A stretch of DNA of 64,000 bases from Nitrospirae bacterium UBA2233 (GTDB taxonomy: Bacteria; UBA2233). Shown piece by piece: positions 56,930 to 64,000 of the stretch. The first letter of the stretch is position 1. Every line of letters starts with the position of its first letter. The translations under genes and the position numbers were made by a program. The notes beneath the pieces were generated by a model that did no database searches, was not told the origin of the DNA, and saw only the letters and a list, made by a program, of their open reading frames with translations. The stretch spans positions 18,674-82,673 of the forward strand of contig DDYN01000013.1 of assembly GCA_002347965.1 (NCBI GenBank). Direction: 5' to 3'.

Positions 56930-57636
56930 GTCGTTTGACCTCCTTTTTTGATGAGTTTTTCATACCAAAGCGGGTGGTGGTGCCTGATGAACTCCAGGTC
57001 CATTTCCCCGTTCCCGAACATCGCCCGGAGCGACTCCCTGTTTATGGGATGAGTGCCCAGGTATACGTGTACGATGAGTGCCAGGGCAGTCAGAAGGAAC
57101 ACTGTGTCGTGAACAAACCTAGAAAACGACCAAATCGCGGGGGAGAAGGAGTCTCTAAACCAAAGGACAAAGCCTGAAAGGGAAAGGAGGAGCATGGCCA
57201 AAATCATAAACCAAGCCAGCGCCTTTTGTCCTATGTTGTACTTTCCGAACCTTGGAGGCTGAAAGAATACATAGCAGCGGATAAGCTCCCTAACCCCATC
57301 CCATGCGCCAGAAAGCGAGTACCTTTCGGGCCAGATGTGCCACTCGCGCACGTGCATGAGCTGCCCCAAGCTAAAGGGGATCGCGGTGAGGAAGAACAAA
57401 AGGGCCGCTACCCTGTGCAGGACCCTTGCTGTCTGAACACCTCCGGCGACGATCGCCTCGTAGGGCTGCTGCTGACCGAAGAAGCTCACTGGAACACCGA
57501 ACACGTAGGCGATCCAATCAAAGGCATGGCTTAAGATAGGCAAGCCAGATAGTATAAAAAGCACCATGAAATGGATAATGTGCTTATGAAACCAGATTTG
57601 TAGCGTGTTAAACGCCTGAACCCTGCTAGTCTCCAT
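56926..57636 (-). CDS. Membrane di-heme cytochrome b subunit (FdnI / PhsC / Ni-Fe hydrogenase cytochrome b family)
   Basis: 4-5 TM helices with His in TM1 and TM2 and an H-x13-H pair in TM4. Confidence 0.75.
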   Translation of the reverse strand: METSRVQAFNTLQIWFHKHIIHFMVLFILSGLPILSHAFDWIAYVFGVPVSFFGQQQPYEAIVAGGVQTARVLHRVAALLFFLTAIPFSLGQLMHVREWHIWPERYSLSGAWDGVRELIRCYVFFQPPRFGKYNIGQKALAWFMILAMLLLSLSGFVLWFRDSFSPAIWSFSRFVHDTVFLLTALALIVHVYLGTHPINRESLRAMFGNGEMDLEFIRHHHPLWYEKLIKKGGQTT

Positions 57637-58534
57637 CGGTTTCTTCCTGCCTGTTTTCTTCCTTGGCTTGTCCTGAAGTCGTTCCTTGATCCGTCCCTTC
57701 GCCAGCTTCGGCCCCTTGTTCCAAGACGTTACGCCCTTCTTGGTCCCGCGCTACTTCCAGCTTGCGGTTGTAAAGCCAGTAAAGAAAGTGGCCTGTGCAC
57801 GCAAGGGCCGTTAAGCCGGCAAGGCCAGCGCCCCCAACCTTAAGCGGGCCTCTCATGATTGCGGCCGATTTTACCGGGTCTTGTGGCAGCCCGTAGGCCT
57901 CCAAGTCGGCTTCCGGGACAATCGTGAGCCAGCCCGTACGGCCCACATAACCGTTTAACCTTTGAGCCCCGTACACAACGTAGGGCTCACCGTAGCGCTC
58001 AGTGTAAAAACTGGCGCGCTCGTTTGCCTCCTTGAGCACCTCATCCTCCGGCCCCGAGAACATGGCGCCCGTAGGACAAGCCTCGACGCAGGCCGGGACC
58101 AAACCGTTCTCAATTCTGTCAAAGCACAGGATGCACTTATAGGTCTTGTTGGTTTCGGGGTTGTATACGGGCACGTCGTAGGGGCAGGCATCTATGCAAG
58201 ACCTGCAGCCTACGCAGCGCTCCTCTAATATCACTACGGCCCCAGACGGCCTTTTGACTATGGCGAAGGCGGGGCAGATGTCAAGGCACGGGTGGTTTTC
58301 GCAGTGCATGCAATGATGGAACTCGATGATCTGCCTGGCCTTTGGAAAGACGCCAAACTCCTTCAATCGAGGCATCAGGTAATTAAGGTGATGCATAGGG
58401 TGGTTTGCCGTTTGCTCGGACGGAATATGCTGATCCCTCTGAAGGCGAACTCTGTTCTCTACGGAGCAGTTCGTCATGCAAGAAAAACACCTTACGCAGC
58501 TGTGTGTGTCGTAACAGTTTAGGTATCTTTTCAT
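57626..58534 (-). CDS. 4x[4Fe-4S] ferredoxin-type electron-transfer subunit with a C-terminal TM anchor (FdnH-like)
   Basis: Four CxxCxxCxxxCP clusters plus a C-terminal hydrophobic helix. Confidence 0.85.
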   Translation of the reverse strand: MKRYLNCYDTHSCVRCFSCMTNCSVENRVRLQRDQHIPSEQTANHPMHHLNYLMPRLKEFGVFPKARQIIEFHHCMHCENHPCLDICPAFAIVKRPSGAVVILEERCVGCRSCIDACPYDVPVYNPETNKTYKCILCFDRIENGLVPACVEACPTGAMFSGPEDEVLKEANERASFYTERYGEPYVVYGAQRLNGYVGRTGWLTIVPEADLEAYGLPQDPVKSAAIMRGPLKVGGAGLAGLTALACTGHFLYWLYNRKLEVARDQEGRNVLEQGAEAGEGTDQGTTSGQAKEENRQEETDGD

Positions 58535-61068
58535 GACAGTTTCTCGATTTTAACGATGAAGTCTTGTGAAGGATGCCCGGCCGTTATGGGAATAAAATCC
58601 AAACTGTTAACGTGGTTTGGGTTGCAGCCCTCTTTGGAAACGATGGTGAGATATTGCCTGCATGCCATACAAGCCCCGGTCGTCATACTGTAGTAGGTAA
58701 GGAGGGCATCGGGGTGTATTAACTCGCTCACTCTAACGACAGAGCTGTAGCACTTCTTGTTTGGGTCGAGAGCGTTTGTTATCCTAACCTTATCACCGTC
58801 GCTAAGGCCCAGCTCTTTCGCCTTTAGCGGGTTTATCATCACTGAAGAGCCTCCCATGATGTCGGCGAATTCCTTAATTATGGCGTTATTCCGAGTTTGT
58901 GCCCCCGTAAACGTGGCCAGGGGAAAGAACGCGCTTATGGGAACAAACTCCCCCTTTTCTAGCTTCGGCTTGAGCCCCATGTATCTAGGCGGGGTCCAGG
59001 TTGGCAGCGGAGAGGCGTGGAATGCGTAAGGATAACCCTTGTTTTTCAGCTTTTCGTGGGTTTCGGCAAGAAGAAGGCTGTATACCTCCAGCTTTCCTGT
59101 AGGCGTTCCCATCGCTTGGGGAAGGTAGAACTTTTTAGACCCCGCCCATGCCCCCTGCTCCAACAGAATGTCCAAGGGGGGTATTGTTTTTCTTTCACTT
59201 TCGGTAACACCGCGTATTCCTGCATACTGTTTTTCCCACACGGCCTTGATGCCCCGCTCTTCGAACTCCGAGTAGTGCTGAGCGTACTCTTCTTCGGTCA
59301 GGACCCTCTTGGCCAGTTGATTGAAGATCCAGTATCCGTCCTTTGATTCGAAAAGGGGTTCGACAGCCTTCCTGTTGACACCTATCGTCGGTATGGGAGC
59401 CTTAAACTTGGTGCTTAGAGCCTCGTCTCGCTCTAGGTACGTCGCATCCGGCAGGACGATGTCGGCGTTCATCACCGTTTCGTCAAAATAAGGGGAAATA
59501 ACGACGATCAGCTCGAGCTTATTTAAAGCTTTGGCGATATCCCAGCTGCCGGCAGACCCCCCTACGACGTTTTGTCCGTGGATAACGGCCACCTTGGAGC
59601 GGTATGGCTTATCCTCCAGAAGAGAGCGGGCGTAAGTCCTTCGCCCCTCGACGGGGTTCGATAGAATCCAGCCGGGCTCGTTCTCGATGTAGTAGTCTAG
59701 AATAGACTGTCCGCTTGGCTTGGGTGCGTGGATAAAATGCCCCAAGCCGCAAGGGTGCTGCCAGAATAACCCCCCCTCCCTGCCGAAGGCGCCTAGGAGC
59801 AGGTTTATCGTAGCCATGGTGAGTTTCTCACGCAGCGAGCTGAAGTAACGCTCCGAGCGGTACCCCCTATCTAAGACTACCCTTGGTTTATAGCGGTTAA
59901 GGTTTTCTGCTAGCTCGATGACCTTAGCGGCCGGCACCGTGCTGATACTTTCCGCCCATTCGGGTGTAAACTGCTTAGCGTTGTCGGCTAGCATCTGAAG
60001 ACCGGTCTTGCAAGCCGTTTCTTTACCGTCAATAAGCTCCTTAAAGCTTCCGAACAACGCCGGGTCTTTGGCCTTAGATTTGAACGTTACGCTCCTTGTG
60101 GCCTTGTCAAAAACTAGGTAATCGAGGGCCTTACCGTTTTGCCTAGTCCCTACGGGCAAGAGGGTGTTTGCATCAATCAGGATGTCGGCGTTCGTGTAAT
60201 CGCGCAGGTATTCTTCATCGTAAAACTTTCTATCCATGATAACGTTTAGGATGCCAAGGAGGAGGGCGGCATCGCTTCCGGGCCTGATCGGGACCCACTC
60301 GGCATCGCCGCCGGCTTCAGCCGGCCTTCTAGGGTCGATCACGACAACCCTCATCCCGTTTCGTTTGGCCCTTCCAAAAGACACCCCCCAAGAGTAGGTT
60401 ACTATCGCACCCCCGGGGTTCCTGCCCATCAAAATAGCGTATTCGGAGTTCTCGTAATCCGGCTGGATGGCCCCAGGACCAAGGATTGGAATGCCCGATG
60501 CCTTAGGCCCTCCCATATGGGCGGCAAAACCAAGGCTCGTTGCCCCGGCCCAGCAGGTGTCTCCGTAGCTGATAAAATAATTGGGGGTGCCGTAGATCTC
60601 GAAGAACTCCTCATCCAGCTCAGGGCCCGAGTGGAACCTCGGCAAATAGGCTACGCTATGCGCCTCGCCCTCATCCCTTAACTCTTTTAGCTTAAGGGCG
60701 ATCTTGTCCAAGGCCTCTTCCCAAGAGACTCTTCGAAACCGCCCCTCTCCCCTTTTCCCTTCCCTGACAAGCGGATACTTGACCCTGTCCGGGCTGTAGA
60801 GCGCCCCTACGGCCGCCCGCGAGCGGCCGCAGACGCCCGGGTAGGGCGTGTGCTTGTTGGATTCAACCCTTACCAGCCTTCCATCCCTCACGACGCCGAC
60901 CGCGGGGCAGAACTGATCGCACATTCTGCACATCAAAGGAATGCGCCTTTCGAGCCCAAAGTCTGTTGCGGATACATCGGCCCTTGCCGGCTCGAAGCTT
61001 ACTGCTTGGCCGCCCAACAGCCCTAAGGCGGATACCTTGAAAAAGGAGCGTCTGTCTATACGAACCAT
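58531..61068 (-). CDS. Tat-exported molybdopterin (Mo/W-bisPGD, DMSO reductase family) oxidoreductase catalytic subunit
   Basis: Twin-arginine signal RRSFFKVSALGLLGG. N-terminal CxxCxxxC...C FeS motif. 845 aa with no in-frame stop. ATG at 61068. Confidence 0.85.
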   Translation of the reverse strand: MVRIDRRSFFKVSALGLLGGQAVSFEPARADVSATDFGLERRIPLMCRMCDQFCPAVGVVRDGRLVRVESNKHTPYPGVCGRSRAAVGALYSPDRVKYPLVREGKRGEGRFRRVSWEEALDKIALKLKELRDEGEAHSVAYLPRFHSGPELDEEFFEIYGTPNYFISYGDTCWAGATSLGFAAHMGGPKASGIPILGPGAIQPDYENSEYAILMGRNPGGAIVTYSWGVSFGRAKRNGMRVVVIDPRRPAEAGGDAEWVPIRPGSDAALLLGILNVIMDRKFYDEEYLRDYTNADILIDANTLLPVGTRQNGKALDYLVFDKATRSVTFKSKAKDPALFGSFKELIDGKETACKTGLQMLADNAKQFTPEWAESISTVPAAKVIELAENLNRYKPRVVLDRGYRSERYFSSLREKLTMATINLLLGAFGREGGLFWQHPCGLGHFIHAPKPSGQSILDYYIENEPGWILSNPVEGRRTYARSLLEDKPYRSKVAVIHGQNVVGGSAGSWDIAKALNKLELIVVISPYFDETVMNADIVLPDATYLERDEALSTKFKAPIPTIGVNRKAVEPLFESKDGYWIFNQLAKRVLTEEEYAQHYSEFEERGIKAVWEKQYAGIRGVTESERKTIPPLDILLEQGAWAGSKKFYLPQAMGTPTGKLEVYSLLLAETHEKLKNKGYPYAFHASPLPTWTPPRYMGLKPKLEKGEFVPISAFFPLATFTGAQTRNNAIIKEFADIMGGSSVMINPLKAKELGLSDGDKVRITNALDPNKKCYSSVVRVSELIHPDALLTYYSMTTGACMACRQYLTIVSKEGCNPNHVNSLDFIPITAGHPSQDFIVKIEKLS

Positions 61069-61109
61069 CGAATAAAGCCTACCTGTTTGTTTTTGTTGTT
61101 GGTTAACTA

Positions 61110-62405
61110 TCAATAAACCACGGGGAACCCGGCGGCCGTCCAGTTGGTCGTCCCGCCGATTAAGTCGTACACCTGCGTAAATCCCTTCTCGATGGCCATC
61201 ATCGCGGCCTGCGCCCCCCTTGGCCCGTTGGCACACACAAAGCAGATCGGGGCGTTCTTGTCGAGCTCGCCGGAATCCAAAAACTGCTCAACGTCCTCAC
61301 CGAGCTCGTGGAACTGGATCTTGGCAATATGCATCCCGTTATACTCGAGCGCACTGCGTACGTCCACCACGGTTAGGTTCGGACCCTCTCGCCACTTCTC
61401 GTACAGCTGGCTTGCGATCCAGGAGTGCATGTACTTGCCCTGCATCCATCCGTAATTGGCGTAGTCGAGCATGGCGTTGACCGTGCCTATTAACGTGGGC
61501 CCGAAGTTTGGCGCCTCGACCCAGTTTTCAGACCCGGGCTGCTCCATACCTATAGCCCGGTTGATGCCGGCGGCCCTTCCTTGGACGCCAAGGAACGTGT
61601 TCAGCGTTTGCTCGGCAAGAGCTTGGTCTTTGGTGTTGACGATTTTTGCGGATTTTTTGAAGACAAGGTCCGGATAGGCATCGGCTAGGCTAGGAGCGCT
61701 TTGGTAGCCGAAGGCGTCCTCTGACTGGGCCACAACCTGGCCTTTTTGGTAGACAACCGGCGCTTGACCCTTTGTCACATCAACGCCCTGCAAAGACAAG
61801 GGCATGCCGGCCCCGATCCATTCTCCGAGTCCGCTATTCAGGTAGTAAACGTTGTCGTAACCATACGTAACCGTATGGTAGCCCGCTGTAAGGGCTCGGA
61901 TCCCTCAAGCACAGATGAGAATCTCTGGCTCGTTAGGGTCGAGCCTGCCCGATTTCACGAACTCATCGTACTCATCGAGCGGGACGTTGATCGAGCCCGG
62001 GATGTGCACGCCGTCGAACTCGGCCTTCGAGCGGATGTCCACGATCTGGACCTCTTGGCTTGACATCATCCTGCGCATCTGGGCCGCCGTTATCGGGTTT
62101 GCCGTTACCCCTTCAAGCTTTAACTCCAACGGCGCTATGGACGCCTCCATAAAATAGCGCATCTGGCCCAGCAAGAGCATGAAGAACGCGCCCACGTCGG
62201 TCGTGGCGATCTGGTTGGGCGTGAAGGAGAACATGTTGCCAGCTAGCGGTATGAACATATCGACCATCGGCTGGGTCAAGCCCCGGATTATCAGGTCGTT
62301 CCTCGTTACCTCGTGGGCGCTTGCTTTGGTCGCACCCATAAGCGGGGCTGCGCTAAAGATAAGCGGCAGGCCTAGGGCCAGCGCCTTGAACCATCGCTTT
62401 CGCAT
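61110..62405 (-). CDS. Periplasmic tandem-rhodanese-domain sulfurtransferase, read as a single frame through an in-frame TGA (candidate selenoprotein, or a pseudogene)
   Basis: Signal peptide and AAGGAGGAG RBS. Domain 1 active-site loop reads I-C-A-[TGA]-G-I-R. The conserved rhodanese sequence continues in frame for 33 codons to the next ORF, whose domain 2 loop is C-A-N-G-P-R. Confidence 0.55.
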
Positions 62406-62434
62406 GGCTCCTCCTTATTTTGGTTGATTCTTTC

Positions 62435-62566
62435 CTACACCAGGCTTGTCAGCGAGGTGCTGGTAGCCGGAAAAGAGTTCGACAAAAGATGCACAAAGGC
62501 ATTCAGAAAGGCATTTAAGAGCTCGCTTAAGAGCCCAGGATCGATCGGGGCAGGCTGGAATCCCAT
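62435..62566 (-). CDS. Putative sORF (43 aa)
   Basis: TAAGGAGG RBS 7 nt before the ATG. Too short for the ORF track. Paralogous to the adjacent sORF. Confidence 0.3.
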   Translation of the reverse strand: MGFQPAPIDPGLLSELLNAFLNAFVHLLSNSFPATSTSLTSLV

Positions 62567-62582
62567 AGAAAACCTCCTTATT

Positions 62583-62720
62583 TCAGCCCATTAAACTAGT
62601 AATCGGGCTCGTCAAAAACCCAGAGAGCTGATCGCTCACACCAAGAAGCCCGGGCAAGCTCGGGGCCAGGTTGTTGACGAAGAACTCGTAGACCGTGTTC
62701 AGGAACTCTTCCGGTGTCAC
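62583..62720 (-). CDS. Putative sORF (45 aa, GTG start)
   Basis: A GGATGGAGGAG stretch precedes the GTG. Shares an A-P-x-x-P-G-L-L ... T-S-x-x-T-S-L motif with the downstream sORF. Confidence 0.25.
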   Translation of the reverse strand: MTPEEFLNTVYEFFVNNLAPSLPGLLGVSDQLSGFLTSPITSLMG

Positions 62721-62801
62721 TGCTCCTCCATCCTTTCTTTAGTGACATACATTATGTATTATGTGCTATATGTCAAGATTATTATATACTACATACTGTA
62801 T

Positions 62802-62818
62802 GTCAATAGTCTATTGAC
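62802..62818. promoter_or_regulatory. 17-bp perfect palindrome GTCAATAG-T-CTATTGAC in an AT-rich divergent control region
   Basis: Direct sequence reading. Additional TATGTCAA direct repeats occur at about 62769 and 62799. Confidence 0.35.
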
Positions 62819-62964
62819 ACTCTAAGCATTATGATGTTAGAAATTCTTAAATATCGCCGCTTAGCAAGGGGGTTGCGAGTTGGGAGCCGATGCTGTTTAG
62901 TACTATATCTCTAATCTACTAAAAGATGACTACGCAAATTAGCACAAAGGAGGAGTTGGTGGGG

Positions 62965-64000
62965 ATGAGGCGCGGTCTTTTAAGGTTGATATCTTGTTTC
63001 ATTGCTGCCGTATTGGCGTTGGTTGGCCTTGCTATCTACTCTAAAAGCTTCAGCTATGGCGACCCCGAGTTCTTGGCCCTGGAAAAACAGCTCCAAAGCC
63101 CCCTTGTAGACGCGTTAACCCTTAGATCATGGGTCGAGAATGAGAATAAACACCCCTTCGGCTATCCCGTTGTCGTGGTAGACACCTCTTCGGCTGGCTA
63201 CAACGAAGGGCATATACCCGGCGCTGTCGGCATTTCCTGGGTAGAGTTCTCGGAGTTCAGGAGCGATGGCCCGGCGTTTTTAGACCCCATGGTGGCGAGC
63301 GGGAGTCATGTAGATGATCTGCTTAAGCGCATGGGGGTACGCAGTAAAGAGACCATCGTCGTCTTCACGTCAAACGACCCTTCCGTGGGTTACGACATGG
63401 CCCGGGCCTTCTGGACGTTTTACTACTGGGGCTTTGCCCCCAGGTACATCAAGGTTCTAGACGGGGGGAACGAGGCCTGGGCTAAGGCAGGCTTTGAGCT
63501 GGCTAAAGAGCCTTTCAGCCCATCGCCAGGGGTTCTTTCCGTACGAAACGTCAACGAGCCCGGCCAGATGGAAGGGGCCAGGAAGTCCATCGGGGATATG
63601 CTAAGGCTCGTAGACGACGGCAAGACCCTGGACGGCTCCGTTCAGGTCCTTGCCGTACTACCCCCGAATACGCCCTTACCAGGCTCTAGAGAGCGGATCA
63701 CGTTAAACGAATTCGGCGCCCTTTACGCCTACTTCAGCGGAAAGATCGAGGGTGCAAGGCAACTCATGTTCGGTTGGGATGCGCTCTTTAAGCCAGACGG
63801 TACGTTCAAGACAAAAGAGGAGCTCCTGGGTCTTTTCTTGGGGCTTGGGCTCGACCCAAACAAGCCTACGATCACCTACTGCAACAGGGGGAATGTGGCA
63901 AGCCTGTATTGGTTCGCGCTTAAGTTCATCGCTGGATTCAAGGATGTGGCCGTTTACGACGGCTCGTGGAGTGAGTGGGGAAAGCTGCTTGCCTACGAGC
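62965..64000 (+). CDS. Two-domain rhodanese (thiosulfate/3-mercaptopyruvate sulfurtransferase-like) with an N-terminal signal/anchor; 3' end lies beyond the window
   Basis: AAGGAGGAG RBS. The ATG at 62965 (or the GTG 6 nt upstream) is followed by a hydrophobic segment. The catalytic loop YCNRGNVAS sits in the second domain. No stop codon before the window end. Confidence 0.8.
   Translation, partial: MRRGLLRLISCFIAAVLALVGLAIYSKSFSYGDPEFLALEKQLQSPLVDALTLRSWVENENKHPFGYPVVVVDTSSAGYNEGHIPGAVGISWVEFSEFRSDGPAFLDPMVASGSHVDDLLKRMGVRSKETIVVFTSNDPSVGYDMARAFWTFYYWGFAPRYIKVLDGGNEAWAKAGFELAKEPFSPSPGVLSVRNVNEPGQMEGARKSIGDMLRLVDDGKTLDGSVQVLAVLPPNTPLPGSRERITLNEFGALYAYFSGKIEGARQLMFGWDALFKPDGTFKTKEELLGLFLGLGLDPNKPTITYCNRGNVASLYWFALKFIAGFKDVAVYDGSWSEWGKLLAYE

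Noticed and set aside
58531-61068. Selenocysteine in the molybdopterin catalytic subunit (FdhA-type)
   Set aside because: The 845-codon frame has no internal TGA. If the enzyme is FDH-like it would be a Cys type. The only in-frame TGA of the locus is in the rhodanese gene.
61805-61805. Treating 61110..61805 as an independent gene starting at Met (MPLSLQ)
   Set aside because: No RBS precedes this ATG, and the 99 nt upstream continue the rhodanese domain in frame. Read-through (Sec) or pseudogenisation explains it better.
62729-62743. Tiny uORF ATG-GAG-GAG-CAG-TGA preceding sORF-A
   Set aside because: At four codons it is more likely that the GGAGGAG is serving as the SD for the GTG than that this is an independent ORF.
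1-64000. CRISPR arrays, transposases, integrases or prophage genes next to the two tRNA genes
   Set aside because: No direct-repeat/spacer arrays and no recombinase-like ORFs are present. The genes flanking both tRNAs are ordinary chromosomal genes.

Overview
This 64 kb window is a gene-dense chromosomal stretch, roughly 58% GC, from a diderm (Gram-negative-type) bacterium, indicated by LptF/LptG, LpxC, MurJ, Mpl, an OmpA-like lipoprotein and Tat/Sec signal peptides. I support about 70 CDS and two tRNAs (Phe-GAA on the minus strand, Glu-CUC on the plus strand). GTG and TTG starts and 4-nt stop/start overlaps (ATGA, GTGA, TTGA) are frequent, so most genes sit in translationally coupled operons. 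Family assignments rest on motif-level recognition only; no BLAST or HMM search could be run. The recognisable housekeeping genes are lepA-lepB, pyrK-pyrD, trpF, ribF-rluD-pgeF, ruvA-ruvB, lpxC, murJ, mpl, lptF-lptG, ahcY, galU, pepA, and a 2-Cys peroxiredoxin converging on a trxB that is coupled to a flavin reductase gene. There is also a Pat-type (ADP-forming acyl-CoA synthetase + GNAT) protein acetyltransferase and an NtrY/NtrX-like two-component pair. Accessory content worth a second look falls in three groups. First, the last ~10 kb (minus strand, 52.5-62.4 kb) is one long respiratory and sulfur-related operon. It runs: two small paralogous sORFs; a periplasmic tandem-rhodanese ORF interrupted by an in-frame TGA inside its CxxGxR loop (candidate selenocysteine or pseudogene); an FdnGHI-like Tat-exported molybdopterin oxidoreductase with FeS and cytochrome b subunits; a triheme cytochrome c; a Rieske/b6/subunit-IV-like complex; and a membrane-anchored ~9-heme cytochrome with non-canonical CX3CH and CX4CH sites. 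A further two-domain rhodanese is transcribed divergently. Second, a tandem pair of paralogous secreted HEXXH+E (gluzincin-like) proteins is flanked by two small lipoproteins and translationally coupled to mpl. Third, there are several secreted small proteins: a signal-peptide CsbD-like repeat protein and a Cys-pair internal-duplication protein. Other oddities are an orphan ExbD/TolR with a thioredoxin-fold partner, a Gly-zipper OmpA lipoprotein coupled to an SPFH protein, and several palindromic intergenic motifs. I found no CRISPR array, transposase or integrase.
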